From the NCBI GenBank assembly GCA_963754485.1, contig CAVWFY010000018.1:77469-141468 (forward strand): a stretch of 64,000 bases of DNA, in the 5' to 3' direction. A program made the position numbers and the translations under genes. The notes under the pieces were generated by a model. The model was not told the origin of the DNA. It ran no database searches and saw only the letters and a list, made by a program, of their open reading frames with translations. Shown here piece by piece: positions 26,573 through 36,474 of the stretch. Each line of letters starts with the position of its first letter. Positions within the stretch are counted from its first letter, which is position 1. Source of the stretch: an uncultured Chloroflexia bacterium. Its GTDB lineage: Bacteria; Chloroflexota; Limnocylindria; Limnocylindrales; CSP1-4.

Positions 26573-29272
26573 ACGTCCCAGCCCGCCGCTCCTCAGCCCA
26601 TCGAGATCATCCTGCCCATCGAGGGCATGACCTGCGCCTCGTGCGTGAACCGCATCGAGCGCTTCCTCAAGAAGACGCCGGGCGTCGAGGAGGCCGCGGT
26701 CAACCTCGCCACCGAGAAGGCCACGGTCCGCGTCGACCCCGCCCTCGCCGGCCGCAACGAGCTGGTCAAGGCCGTGGAGGCCGCCGGCTACGAGGTCCGG
26801 GCGGAGGCCCCCGCGGCGGCGGACGGGGTGACCGGGACCGCGAGCCTGGAGCTGGAGATCACGGCGGAGGACCTGGAGCGCGAGCGCGCCCAGCGCCAGA
26901 CGCTGTTCCAGGCCCTCGTCGCCATCGGCGCGTCGCTGGTGTTCATGGTCCTGATGTTCACGCCGCAGACCGTCGTGGCGATGGAGGACATCAACAAGTT
27001 GATCCTGATCCCGGCGACGTTCATCCAGTTCTGGGCGGGCGGTCGCTTCTACCGGGCCGCCTGGCGCGCGGGCCGGCATGGCGGTGCCACGATGGACACC
27101 CTCGTGGCGGTCGGGACGAGCGCCGCCTGGGGCTACTCCGTCTTCGTGACGCTGTGGCCGGAGGTCATCCACGCGGCCGGTCTGCACCCCGAGACCTACT
27201 TCGACTCGGCGACGATCATCCTGGGCCTGATCCTGCTCGGGAAGTGGCTCGAGGCCCGCGCCAAGGGCCGCACGACCGGGGCGATCCGCCGTCTTGTCGG
27301 CCTGCAGGCGACAACGGCCCGCAGGATCCGTGACGGCGTCGAGGAGGACGTCGAGCTCGCGATCGTCGTCCCCGGCGACCTCCTGCGCGTCCGCCCCGGC
27401 GACAAGGTTCCGGTGGACGGCGTCGTGGTCGAGGGAATGTCCGCGGTGGACGAGTCGATGCTCACCGGCGAGCCCATTCCGGCCACCAAGGGCGCCGGCG
27501 ACGAGGTCATCGGCGCGACCATCAACACGACGGGCTCGTTCGTGATGCGTGCCACGCGCGTCGGGCGCGACACGGCGCTGGCGAGGATCGTCGAGCTGGT
27601 CCAGCGAGCGCAGGGCTCCAAGGCCCCCATCCAGCGCCTGGCCGACCGGATCAGCGAGGTCTTCGTCCCGGCCGTGCTCCTGGTCGCGGCCGCCACCTTC
27701 CTGGTCTGGTTCGTGTTCGGGCCGGAGCCGCGGTTCACGCTGGCCCTGACCGCCTTCATCGGCGTCGTGATCATCGCCTGCCCTTGCGCGATGGGACTCG
27801 CCACCCCGACCGCGATCATGGTCGGGACCGGGAAGGGCGCCGAGGTTGGCATCCTGGTCCGCGGCGGGGAGGCGCTCGAGGCGGCCGGGGGCATCGACAC
27901 CGTGGTCATGGACAAGACCGGCACGCTCACGCTGGGGCGGCCCGCGGTGACCACCGTGATCCCGGCGACGGGCTTCGACGAGGTGCGGGTCCTGGACCTC
28001 GCCGCGGCCCTGGAGACCGGCTCGGAGCACCCGCTGGGGGAGGCGATCGTGCGCAAGGCGCGCGAGACGGAGCTGGGCTTCGCGAAGGTCGACGGGTTCG
28101 AGGCGATCGTGGGCCGCGGCGTGCGCGGCACCATCGACGGTGTCGAGGTCCTCGTCGGCAGCCGCCGCCTCCTCGAGGAGCAGGGCATCGACCTCTCGGC
28201 GCTGCTGGAGCCCGCGGGAGCCATCGCCGCGGACGGCGGGACCCTGGTGTTCGTCGCGGCCGGTGGGTCGGCGGCGGGCCTCGTCGCCATCACGGACCCG
28301 GTCAAGGTCGAGTCCGCCGAGGCGGTTCGCGACCTGCAGGCCGCTGGCATGGTCGTGTGGCTGCTCACGGGTGACGGCCGCCTCACCGCGGAGGCCGTCG
28401 CGCGCCAGGTCGGGATCCCCAGTGCCAACGTCATCGCCGAGGTCCTGCCCGGCGACAAGGACGCGGTCATCGAGCGCCTCCAGGCCGAGGGCCGCAAGGT
28501 CGCGATGGTCGGGGACGGCATCAACGACGCCCCGGCGCTCGCCCGCGCGGACCTCGGCGTGGCCATCGGGACCGGAGCGGACGTCGCCATCGAAGCTTCG
28601 GACATCACGCTCGTCGGTGGCGACCCGCGGCTCGTGGGCTCGGCCATCGCGCTGTCGCGCTCCACGATCCGGGTGATCCGCCAGAACCTGTTCTGGGCGT
28701 TCGCCTACAACGTCGTGCTCATCCCGATCGCCATGGGCGTGCTCTACCCCGCCTTCGGGATCACGCTCAACCCGGCGCTCGCGGCAGCCGCCATGGCGCT
28801 GTCCTCCGTGAGCGTCGTGACCAACTCGCTGCGCCTGCGTGGCGTGGACGTCCGTCCGGGACACGTGACGAAGCTCCGGCGCGGGCCGCTGGGCATGGTG
28901 CGGGACGCAGCGTTCCTGGTCGTGATCGCGGTCGTCGGGCTGGCGCTCGCCGGGGGCGTGCTGGCCGCGGATCGGGCGGTCAACGCGAATCTTCCGACCG
29001 TGACAGTCGTGGCGAAGGACGTGCGCTTCCAGCCGGCTGACGTGACCGTCAGGGCCGGGGAGTGGACGCTCCTGGAGTTCCGCAACGACGATCCGGTCGT
29101 CCACGACTGGATGGTCGAAGAGATCCCCAACCTCGAGGTCATCGCCCGGCCCGGCCAGACGGAGACCCTTAGGTTCGTGCTGGACAAGCCGGGGGAGTAC
29201 ATGGTCATGTGCTCCATCCCGGGCCACGCCGAGGCCGGGATGGTGGGGATGCTGACGGTCGAGGCGCGCTGA
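26570..29272 (+). CDS. copA: copper-translocating P1B-type ATPase with an extra C-terminal TM helix and a cupredoxin domain
   Basis: It has an HMA domain ([12 protein letters not shown]), the CPC motif ([11 protein letters not shown]), DKTGTLT, TGD and GDGINDAP. After the canonical last helix come a further helix ([21 protein letters not shown]) and about 100 aa ending VVHDW...[12 protein letters not shown]. Confidence 0.92.
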   Translation: MTSQPAAPQPIEIILPIEGMTCASCVNRIERFLKKTPGVEEAAVNLATEKATVRVDPALAGRNELVKAVEAAGYEVRAEAPAAADGVTGTASLELEITAEDLERERAQRQTLFQALVAIGASLVFMVLMFTPQTVVAMEDINKLILIPATFIQFWAGGRFYRAAWRAGRHGGATMDTLVAVGTSAAWGYSVFVTLWPEVIHAAGLHPETYFDSATIILGLILLGKWLEARAKGRTTGAIRRLVGLQATTARRIRDGVEEDVELAIVVPGDLLRVRPGDKVPVDGVVVEGMSAVDESMLTGEPIPATKGAGDEVIGATINTTGSFVMRATRVGRDTALARIVELVQRAQGSKAPIQRLADRISEVFVPAVLLVAAATFLVWFVFGPEPRFTLALTAFIGVVIIACPCAMGLATPTAIMVGTGKGAEVGILVRGGEALEAAGGIDTVVMDKTGTLTLGRPAVTTVIPATGFDEVRVLDLAAALETGSEHPLGEAIVRKARETELGFAKVDGFEAIVGRGVRGTIDGVEVLVGSRRLLEEQGIDLSALLEPAGAIAADGGTLVFVAAGGSAAGLVAITDPVKVESAEAVRDLQAAGMVVWLLTGDGRLTAEAVARQVGIPSANVIAEVLPGDKDAVIERLQAEGRKVAMVGDGINDAPALARADLGVAIGTGADVAIEASDITLVGGDPRLVGSAIALSRSTIRVIRQNLFWAFAYNVVLIPIAMGVLYPAFGITLNPALAAAAMALSSVSVVTNSLRLRGVDVRPGHVTKLRRGPLGMVRDAAFLVVIAVVGLALAGGVLAADRAVNANLPTVTVVAKDVRFQPADVTVRAGEWTLLEFRNDDPVVHDWMVEEIPNLEVIARPGQTETLRFVLDKPGEYMVMCSIPGHAEAGMVGMLTVEAR

Positions 29273-29299
29273 GATCCGACGGCGCGTAGACTCCCGGTC

Positions 29300-29830
29300 G
29301 TGACCGACACCCCGCTCGAGCCCGCACCCGCCGGCCCAGTCCGGTCCCGGATCGAGGTTCCCGCCGATCCGCGGGACCTGCCGGGCGACTTCCCGCACCG
29401 GTTCGTCGTCCAGATCCGCTTCGGCGACACGGACGCGATGGGCCACACCAACAACTCGCGCTTCCTGACCTTCTGCGAGTCTTCGCGCATCGACTACTGG
29501 GAGGCGGCGTCCGGCGAGCCGTTCGGGCTGGTCACCCACGGGGCCGAGGAGTCGCTGATCCTGGCCGAGATCCGGGTCACATACCGCTCGCCCTCCTACT
29601 TCGGCGAGCTGCTGACGGTGGAATCGCGGCTGGGGCGGCTGGGCCGCACCTCGTTCACGCTGGAGCACCGCGTCACGGCCTCGGAGTCGCCGCGCGGCCG
29701 GGCGCGGCTCGTCGCCACGGCGGAGGACGTCCTGGTGCTCTACGACTACGCGACGGAGCGTCCGCGGGTCATCCCCGACGAGTTGATCGCGCGCATGGAG
29801 GCCTACGAAGGGCGGATTCTCCGGGGCTGA
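29300..29830 (+). CDS. hotdog-fold acyl-CoA thioesterase (4HBT/YbgC-like)
   Basis: VQIRFGDTDAMGHTNNSRFLTFCESSRIDYW is typical of 4HBT-type thioesterases. Confidence 0.75.
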   Translation: MTDTPLEPAPAGPVRSRIEVPADPRDLPGDFPHRFVVQIRFGDTDAMGHTNNSRFLTFCESSRIDYWEAASGEPFGLVTHGAEESLILAEIRVTYRSPSYFGELLTVESRLGRLGRTSFTLEHRVTASESPRGRARLVATAEDVLVLYDYATERPRVIPDELIARMEAYEGRILRG

Positions 29831-30093
29831 GCCGGAGGACCTGAGGCCGGGAGTCGAGGAGTGCCTCGAGCCTCTGCCGGGCGTCGGATACGCGGGCCGT
29901 GCGTGCAATGCCGGGCCGCACCGTCCCGGGACACTCCTCTCTGGCCCGCATCGGCTCGCCCACGCTCACCGCTCCAGTGCCCACGCTCCGGATACGCCTC
30001 ACGCGCGTCGTCGGCGCTCGTCTCGCGCCCACTCCGTGCCCAGCACGCGCCACGCGCGCACACGGTGCATAGCCGGGCCCGAGCGACCGTTAC

Positions 30094-30197
30094 CACGCGC
30101 CAGCCGCGTCTCCCGTGCAGCGCCCCGGGATAGCACGCGCCAGCCGCGTATCCCGTGCAGCGCCCCGGGATAGCACGCGCCAGCCGCGTATCCGGCG
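30094..30197. repeat. 40-bp tandem repeat, about 2.6 copies
   Basis: The unit CACGCGCCAGCCGCGT(C/A)TCCCGTGCAGCGCCCCGGGATAG starts at 30094, 30134 and 30174. Each junction can fold as CGGGATA-N16-TATCCCG. Confidence 0.9.
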
Positions 30198-30205
30198 CCG
30201 ACGGC

Positions 30206-30250
30206 GGGGCTGGGCCTGGCGGGGCTGGGCCTGGCGGGGCTGAGCGGCGA
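30206..30250. repeat. 15-bp tandem repeat (GGGGCTGGGCCTGGC), about 2.7 copies
   Basis: There are perfect copies at 30206 and 30221 and a degenerate third copy at 30236. Confidence 0.85.
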
Positions 30251-30290
30251 CTGCGCCGCGCCCGAGCCGGGACTGCCCGAGCGCAGGCTC

Positions 30291-31556
30291 CTACGCCACG
30301 AAGCGGCGGAAGATCGTGACCGCGTTCTGGCCGCCGAAGCCGAAGCCGTTGATCGCGACCGTGTCCACCTTCGCCTTGCGTGCCACGAGCGGCACGTAGT
30401 CCAGGTCGCACTCCGGGTCCGGCGTGCGCAGGTTCGCGGTGGGCGAGATGACCCCGTCGCGGATACCGCCCAGGGCCGCCAGGGCCGACGCGATGCCGGC
30501 CGCGCCTACGAGGTGCCCGATCATCGACTTGGGGGAGGAGATCGCGCGTGTCGCGGCTGCGGACCCGTACGCCAGCTTGATGGCGCGCGTCTCGGTCGAG
30601 TCGTTGAGCGACGTTGAGGTCCCGTGGGCGACGATCCAGTCGATCTCGTCCGGCGCCACGCCCGAGTTGCGCAGGGCGTTGGTCATCGCGCGCGCCTGGC
30701 CGCGCCCGGTGGGATCCGGTGCGGAGACGTGGAACGCGTCCGCGGTGAGCGCACCACCCAGGATCTCGGCGATCGGCGTTGCGCCACGGGCCAGCGCGTG
30801 CTCGGCCGACTCCACCACGACGACGCCGGCGCCCTCGCCCAGCACGAACCCGTCGCGCGTGGCGTCGAACGGCCGCGAGGCCGTCTCCGGGGAGTCGTTG
30901 CGCTTGGACAGCGCGGTCATGTTGGACAGTGCCGCGACGCCCATGGGCCACACGGGCGCCTCGGAGCCGCCGGTCAGGACGACGTCGCACTCGCCCGTGG
31001 CGATCAGGCGGAGCGCGTCGTGGAAGGCGATGACGGACGTCGCGCAGGCCGCGACCTGGGTCATCACCGGACCCGTCAGCCCGTACTCCATCGACAGCAT
31101 GCAGCTCGCCATGGACGGTGAGAGCGCCGGCACCGCGAACGCGGACACGAACCGCGGCCCCTTGGTGTCGTGGACGTGTGTCCCGTCGATGATGGACTCG
31201 ATGCCGCCGCCGCCGGTGTTGACGACCACGCCGACGCGATCGCGCTGCTCGGGGGTCATGGCCGCGAAGTCGATGCCCGACGCCCCGACCGCCTCCTTGC
31301 CCGCGCCCATCGCGAGGTGGATGAAGCGGGTCATCCGGCGTGCCATCTTGGGTTCCATGGCCTTGCCCGGGTCGAAGTCCAGCACCTCGGCGGCGATCTG
31401 GACCTCGAAGGCGGAGGCGTCGAAGGAGCGGATCAGGCGCGTGCCGGTGACGGCCGCCTGGAGATTCCGCCAGTAGGTCTCGAAGTCGTTGCCGATGGGC
31501 ATGACGGCGCCGAGGCCGGTGACGACAGCACGGCGCGCGAGGTCGGACGAGGGCAC
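30291..31556 (-). CDS. fabF: beta-ketoacyl-ACP synthase II (second of a tandem pair)
   Basis: It has the Cys-His-His KAS triad contexts ACATS, HGTSTSLND and GHLVGAAG. Confidence 0.9.
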   Translation of the reverse strand: MPSSDLARRAVVTGLGAVMPIGNDFETYWRNLQAAVTGTRLIRSFDASAFEVQIAAEVLDFDPGKAMEPKMARRMTRFIHLAMGAGKEAVGASGIDFAAMTPEQRDRVGVVVNTGGGGIESIIDGTHVHDTKGPRFVSAFAVPALSPSMASCMLSMEYGLTGPVMTQVAACATSVIAFHDALRLIATGECDVVLTGGSEAPVWPMGVAALSNMTALSKRNDSPETASRPFDATRDGFVLGEGAGVVVVESAEHALARGATPIAEILGGALTADAFHVSAPDPTGRGQARAMTNALRNSGVAPDEIDWIVAHGTSTSLNDSTETRAIKLAYGSAAATRAISSPKSMIGHLVGAAGIASALAALGGIRDGVISPTANLRTPDPECDLDYVPLVARKAKVDTVAINGFGFGGQNAVTIFRRFVA

Positions 31557-31610
31557 GGTCTTGGCCTCAGCGAGCAGACAGTTGATAGGTGGTCGGGATT
31601 GTAGCGCCGC

Positions 31611-32885
31611 TCAGCGGCCGTCCCAGCGCTTGAAGATGATCGCGCCGTTGTGCCCGCCGAGGCCGATGTTGTTGGACAGGGCGTAGCGCACCGGCATCTT
31701 CGTCGTCTCCGGTACGACCCACAGGTCGCACTCGGGGTCGAACTCACGGTAGTTGATCGTGCCCGGCACGGTCTGCTCCGCAACCGTCATGATGCTGGCG
31801 AAGGCCTCGAAGGCGCCGGCGGCGCCCATCATGTGGCCGGTCATCGATTTGGTGCCGCTGATCGCGAGTGACCGCCTCGCGGCCGAGGCGCGCTCCCCGA
31901 AGACCCCCCAGAACGCCTCCGCCTCGCGCTTGTCGCCGACCGGCGTGCTGGTCCCGTGGGGATTGATGACGTCGATCTCGTCCGCCGGGACGCCTCGGCG
32001 CTGGAGGGCCGCCCGCATCGCCCGCGCAGAGCCGACACCGTGCTCGATGGGCTGGATCATGTCGAAGCCATCGGCGGCCGCGCCGTAGCCCACGACCTCC
32101 GCGTAGATGTGCGCTCCACGCGCCATCGCCAGCTCGAGGTCCTCGAGGATCAGCCCGCCGGCGCCCTCGCCGAGCACGAACCCGTCACGGGTGCGATCGA
32201 AGGGCCGGCTCGTGTCGGCGATCGGCATCCCCTCCCTGGGTGATCCCAGGCCGCGCATGTTGCCGAAGCCGGCGTGACCCACCTCGAGCAGCGGCATCTC
32301 GGCAGAACCGGCGATGACGGTGTGCACGTCGCCACGGCGGATCAGCTCCGCGCCTTCGCCGACGCAGTTGGTCCCCGTGGAGCACGCCGTGACGATGCAC
32401 ATGTTGTGGCCGATGGCGCCGGTCTCGATCGCGATCATGCCCGACGTTGAATCGGTGAGGGCGTTCGCGATGAAGGTCGGCGCGACACGCCCCGGACCCT
32501 GATCCTGCAGGGCGTGCCAGTTGTCGATCATGAGGCTCTGACCGCCTGCGCCCGTGCCGAACACGACGCCGATGTCCTCGCGGTTCGCGTCGGTGATCTC
32601 GAGGCCCGCGTCCGCAATCGCCTGCTTGGCGGCCGCGACGCCATACCACATGGTTGGCTCGCTGCGGCGCACCGCCTTGGCATCCATCCACGCCTTGGCG
32701 TCGAAGTCCACGACTTCGCCCGCGACCTTGTTGCGGTAGGGCGTGGTGTCGAACTTGGTGATCTCGCGCAGTCCGGACACGCCGTTGAGCAGGTTCTGCC
32801 AGGCGGTGTCCTTGTCGTTGCCGACGGGGCTGATGACGCCGAGGCCGGTGACGACGACACGGCGGGAGTAATCGGGCTGGCGCAA
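31611..32885 (-). CDS. fabF: beta-ketoacyl-ACP synthase II (first of a tandem pair)
   Basis: It has the triad contexts TACSTG, HGTSTPVGD and GHMMGAAG. It is a paralogue of 30291-31556. Confidence 0.9.
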   Translation of the reverse strand: MRQPDYSRRVVVTGLGVISPVGNDKDTAWQNLLNGVSGLREITKFDTTPYRNKVAGEVVDFDAKAWMDAKAVRRSEPTMWYGVAAAKQAIADAGLEITDANREDIGVVFGTGAGGQSLMIDNWHALQDQGPGRVAPTFIANALTDSTSGMIAIETGAIGHNMCIVTACSTGTNCVGEGAELIRRGDVHTVIAGSAEMPLLEVGHAGFGNMRGLGSPREGMPIADTSRPFDRTRDGFVLGEGAGGLILEDLELAMARGAHIYAEVVGYGAAADGFDMIQPIEHGVGSARAMRAALQRRGVPADEIDVINPHGTSTPVGDKREAEAFWGVFGERASAARRSLAISGTKSMTGHMMGAAGAFEAFASIMTVAEQTVPGTINYREFDPECDLWVVPETTKMPVRYALSNNIGLGGHNGAIIFKRWDGR

Positions 32886-32935
32886 CGTGGTTCCTCTCGG
32901 GAGTTCTGGTGTCGGGTGGTGGTGGGGTGAGCTGG

Positions 32936-33910
32936 TCAGCTGTCGGCGGCGGCGGTGTCGGCGAAGGGGATCGCGAGGCGGTCGGCGGCCGCACGGTCGT
33001 CGAGCGCCAGGGCGAGCGCACCAGGGGCGATGCGCTTGATGAGGCCGGTGAGGACCTGGCCAGGCCCGACCTCGATGAAGGTCGTGACGCCGGCGGCCGT
33101 CATCGCGCCGATGGCGCCGACCCAGTCGACGCCGGTGGTCAGGTGGTCGACGAGCTCGGCCCGGCAGGCTTCGGCCGTGGTGATCGGGCGCGCGTCGGCG
33201 TTGGCGAGGAGCGGGGGGTTCGGGTCACGGAAGGTGATCCCGGCGAGGACCTCGCGCATCCCGGCTGCCGCGTCCGCCATCAGCGAGGAGTGGGCGGCGA
33301 CCGAGACCGGGAGCTCGATGGCGCGCTTCGCGCCCAGACGCTTCGCGATGCCCAGGGCGGCCTCGATGGCCGGCCGCTCGCCGCTGACCACCACCTGGCC
33401 GGGCGAGTTGCGGTTCGCGACGCCGAAGATGCCGTACGCCGACGCCTGGTCGACGAGAGCCGGGAGGCTGGCGTCGTCGAGGCCGATGATCGCGGCCATG
33501 CGCCCCTCGTGGCCCGCACCCGAGGCCTGCATCTTCTGGCCCCGGATCCGCACCAGGCGGACGGCGTCGGCGAGGTCGAGCGCACCGGCCGCCACGAGGG
33601 CGGAGTACTGGCCCATCGAATGGCCGGCGGCGAACGCAGGCTCCGGGATATCGACACCCAGCTGGTACCAGCGTTCCTTGACGGCCTCGAGGTAGGCGAT
33701 CGAGGCGGCGAGGAGGGCCGGCTGGCTGTTCTCCGTCCGGTTGAGCTCCTCCTCGGGGCCCTCCCATGCGAGGCGGGTGATGGGCTCGCCGAGGGCGGCA
33801 TCGGCGGCGGCGAACACGGCTGCGGCGACGGGAGAGGACTCGGCGAGCGCGCGGCCCATGCCGACGGACTGGCTACCCTGGCCGGGGAACACGAAGGCGA
33901 TCTTGTTCAT
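32936..33910 (-). CDS. fabD: malonyl-CoA:ACP transacylase
   Basis: FVFPGQGSQ...GHSMGQYSALV... is the FabD active-site GHSxG context. Confidence 0.92.
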   Translation of the reverse strand: MNKIAFVFPGQGSQSVGMGRALAESSPVAAAVFAAADAALGEPITRLAWEGPEEELNRTENSQPALLAASIAYLEAVKERWYQLGVDIPEPAFAAGHSMGQYSALVAAGALDLADAVRLVRIRGQKMQASGAGHEGRMAAIIGLDDASLPALVDQASAYGIFGVANRNSPGQVVVSGERPAIEAALGIAKRLGAKRAIELPVSVAAHSSLMADAAAGMREVLAGITFRDPNPPLLANADARPITTAEACRAELVDHLTTGVDWVGAIGAMTAAGVTTFIEVGPGQVLTGLIKRIAPGALALALDDRAAADRLAIPFADTAAADS

Positions 33911-34013
33911 CAGGCGTCAGGGTAGCCCGCGGGGCGCCCAAACACCCGGAAGTGCGTGCAGACTTGCAGGAATTGACCAACGGGACCTACGCTCCGGCGA
34001 TGAGGAGCCACGC

Positions 34014-34724
34014 GTGACCGATCCGCTCGAACCCGCCGGCGCGGACTCGTTGCCGACGACGCTTGCGGGCGATCCCGGCGATGCCCAGGCTGCCCCGGCT
34101 GCGAGGGTGCCGGTGCGCCGGCTGCGATCCTCCGACCCCGCGGTGGGGCCGCCCCTCCCCGACGCTCTCCTGCGGACCCGACGGAAGGGTGTGCCCAGCC
34201 GGGTGATCGCGCGAGTGTTCGAGGCGGACCTGTCTGCGCCGGTCGTGGCGGCGGGCACCCGGATCCAGAACGTGCGGCAGATCAGCGAGCGCGTGGCGAT
34301 GGGGCGGGCCCTGTGGCGGGAGCTCGTCGTGGGCTTCGCCTCGCAGTTGGGCGAGCTCAACCTCGGGTTCACGCAGCTGGCCGCCCTCTACGTCCTGGCC
34401 GAGGGTGCGACCACGACGATCGCGGACCTCGCCGAAGCGATCGGACGGTCGCCGTCGGCGACGTCACGGCTGGTGGACGGGTTGGTCAAGCGGCGCCTCG
34501 TGGAACGTCGGCACGAGGAGGACGATCGCCGCCAGCGCTCCGTGTGGCTCACGGCCCGCGGCAGGGCCATCCTGCGCATGGTGGATCGCGCACGCGCCGA
34601 GCAGTTCCTGACGACGGTGCGGCCGCTGCCGCGAGGCGAGCGGGCGCTGATTGCGATGGGCGTGGCCGCGCTCGCAACGGGGGCGATCAGCCGCCGCGGA
34701 CGCCTGGTCCGCGGGGAGGGCTGA
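34014..34724 (+). CDS. MarR-family transcription regulator, divergent from fabD
   Basis: It has a winged HTH (TIADLAEAIGRSPSATSRLVDGLVKRRLVERRHEEDDRRQRSVWLTARG). GTG 34014 follows GAGGAG and GC3 is high from there. A shorter product from ATG 34299 is possible. Confidence 0.75.
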   Translation: MTDPLEPAGADSLPTTLAGDPGDAQAAPAARVPVRRLRSSDPAVGPPLPDALLRTRRKGVPSRVIARVFEADLSAPVVAAGTRIQNVRQISERVAMGRALWRELVVGFASQLGELNLGFTQLAALYVLAEGATTTIADLAEAIGRSPSATSRLVDGLVKRRLVERRHEEDDRRQRSVWLTARGRAILRMVDRARAEQFLTTVRPLPRGERALIAMGVAALATGAISRRGRLVRGEG

Positions 34725-34772
34725 CGCGCCGGGAGTCCGCTCGTCACAATCCCCGCAACGCAGGAGGACCGA

Positions 34773-34988
34773 ATGGACCAGCAGCGCTTCGAGCTCAACT
34801 ACCAGGTCATGCACCGCCACAAGGACGGCTCGTGGGCGGAGATGCAGGAGGTTCCCCAGCATCGAGACTCCTCGGCGCACGACCCGGAGCGCTCGTGGAG
34901 CCTGCGCAGGATCTTCCGCTGCAAGACCTGCGAGGAGTGGGCGACCGTCATCCCGGGCGCGGAGGGCGACGCGGTCGTCGGCCCCTGA
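34773..34988 (+). CDS. 71-aa hypothetical protein
   Basis: A strong AGGAGGA lies 5 nt before the ATG. I recognised no family. Confidence 0.45.
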   Translation: MDQQRFELNYQVMHRHKDGSWAEMQEVPQHRDSSAHDPERSWSLRRIFRCKTCEEWATVIPGAEGDAVVGP

Positions 34989-35033
34989 CCGCGGGCCGCT
35001 GACCCGGGCTGTGTCGGCGGCGGTGAGCCGCGC

Positions 35034-36464
35034 TCAGCCGCAGTAGCCCAGGACCACGTCGTAGAGGACGGGCAGGCCCCAGCGGAGGGCGTCGAGCCCC
35101 ACGCGCTCGTCCACCCCGTGGAACCGTTCCAGGAACCGCTCGTCCGGCTCCAGGCGAAGCGGCGAGAAGCCGTAGGTCGGGACGCCCAGGAGCACGCTGG
35201 TGGACTTGGCATCGGTCGCGAAGGGCGCCATCACCGGCACCGGGATGCCGTCGGGGTCGTGGGCGCGGATGGTCGCGGCCAGCAGGTCGTAGAGCTCGCC
35301 AGCGGCGGGCGCCTCCACCGGCGGTCGGCCGATGACGTGCTCCAGCGTGCACTGCGGGGCGAGATCGCCGAGACGCGCCAGGACCTCCTCGCGCATGTCG
35401 TCGGGGGTGGTGCCGGGGAGGGTGCGGCAGTCGATCTCGATCATCGCCTCGCCCGGGATCACGTTGTACTTCACGCCCGCGCGGATGATGTCGGGGCTGA
35501 TCGAGTCGCGCAGCAGCGCGCGGATGGCACGCGCGTACATGGGGTCGCACGCCGCCCGGATGGCGGCCTCGCTCCGGCGAGGGTCCGTCTCGTCGGCGAT
35601 GGCGGCCACGAAGGCCGCCCCCTCCGGCGGCAGCTCGGAGCGGACGCCGTCCAGGAACTGGCGCATCACGGGCGTCAGGCGCGGCTCGCCGGGTGTGGCG
35701 AGGCGACGGACCGCCTCCGCGGCCATGACCGCTGCGTTGTCCTCCCGGGGCATGGAGCCGTGGCCCCATGTGCCGTGGACGTGGATCCGGAAGACCTCGA
35801 ACCCCTTCTCGGCGACCTGGATCGGGTAGAACCGGCGCCCACCCAGTTCCACGGACACGCCACCCGCCTCGTTGAGGGCGCCGGCGGCGCGGAGCGTGTC
35901 GGGACGGTGCTCCGCGAGCCAGCCAGCCCCCTCACGCCCCCCGGCCTCCTCGTCGGCGGTGCAGGTGTAGAGGACGTCGCGGCGCAGTCCGGGGATGGGG
36001 TCGTGCGCCGGGTCCAGCCCGGCCTCCCGCGCACGGCGGGCGAGCAGGAGCACGACCAGCGTCTCGAGCGCCACCATCTGCTTCATGTCCACGGCGCCGC
36101 GACCCCAGACGTAGCCGTCGGCGATATCGGCGGCGAACGGGTCGTGCGTCCAGCCGTCCCCGGCGTTCGCAGGGACGACGTCAAGGTGGCTCAGCAGCAG
36201 CAGCGCGTCACCGCCGGTGCCGTCGCCACGGAGGCGCACGGTCACGTTGCCGCGTCCCGGGGCCGACTCGATGACCTCCGGTTCAAGCCCCTCGGCACGC
36301 AGGATGCCGGCGATGAAGTGGGCGGCGTCCAGCTCCGGGCCGGGCGGGTCCGGAGGGTTGATCGACGGGATGCGGATCAGGTCTCGCAGGAACGCGACCA
36401 GCTCCCCGTGTGCGGCCTCCCACGTGTCGGCGTCCAGCCTGGCGGAGGGAAGCCGGGTGGTCAC
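35034..36464 (-). CDS. M20-family metallopeptidase (ArgE/DapE/ACY1/CPG2 type)
   Basis: LLLLSHLDVVP...WGRGAVDMK...CTADEEAGG... are M20 metal-ligand contexts. Confidence 0.8.
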   Translation of the reverse strand: MTTRLPSARLDADTWEAAHGELVAFLRDLIRIPSINPPDPPGPELDAAHFIAGILRAEGLEPEVIESAPGRGNVTVRLRGDGTGGDALLLLSHLDVVPANAGDGWTHDPFAADIADGYVWGRGAVDMKQMVALETLVVLLLARRAREAGLDPAHDPIPGLRRDVLYTCTADEEAGGREGAGWLAEHRPDTLRAAGALNEAGGVSVELGGRRFYPIQVAEKGFEVFRIHVHGTWGHGSMPREDNAAVMAAEAVRRLATPGEPRLTPVMRQFLDGVRSELPPEGAAFVAAIADETDPRRSEAAIRAACDPMYARAIRALLRDSISPDIIRAGVKYNVIPGEAMIEIDCRTLPGTTPDDMREEVLARLGDLAPQCTLEHVIGRPPVEAPAAGELYDLLAATIRAHDPDGIPVPVMAPFATDAKSTSVLLGVPTYGFSPLRLEPDERFLERFHGVDERVGLDALRWGLPVLYDVVLGYCG

Positions 36465-36474
36465 GGGCTGGGGC

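Noticed and set aside
26459-29908. 1149-aa minus-strand ORF, the longest in the window
   Set aside because: It is exactly antisense to copA. It is Arg/Gly/Pro/Asp-rich with no recognisable domain, which is the typical high-GC shadow frame. copA on the plus strand has every P-type ATPase motif.
30094-30250. Possible CRISPR array
   Set aside because: The 40-bp and 15-bp units are directly abutting tandem repeats with no unique spacers. There are only 2-3 copies and no cas genes anywhere in the window.
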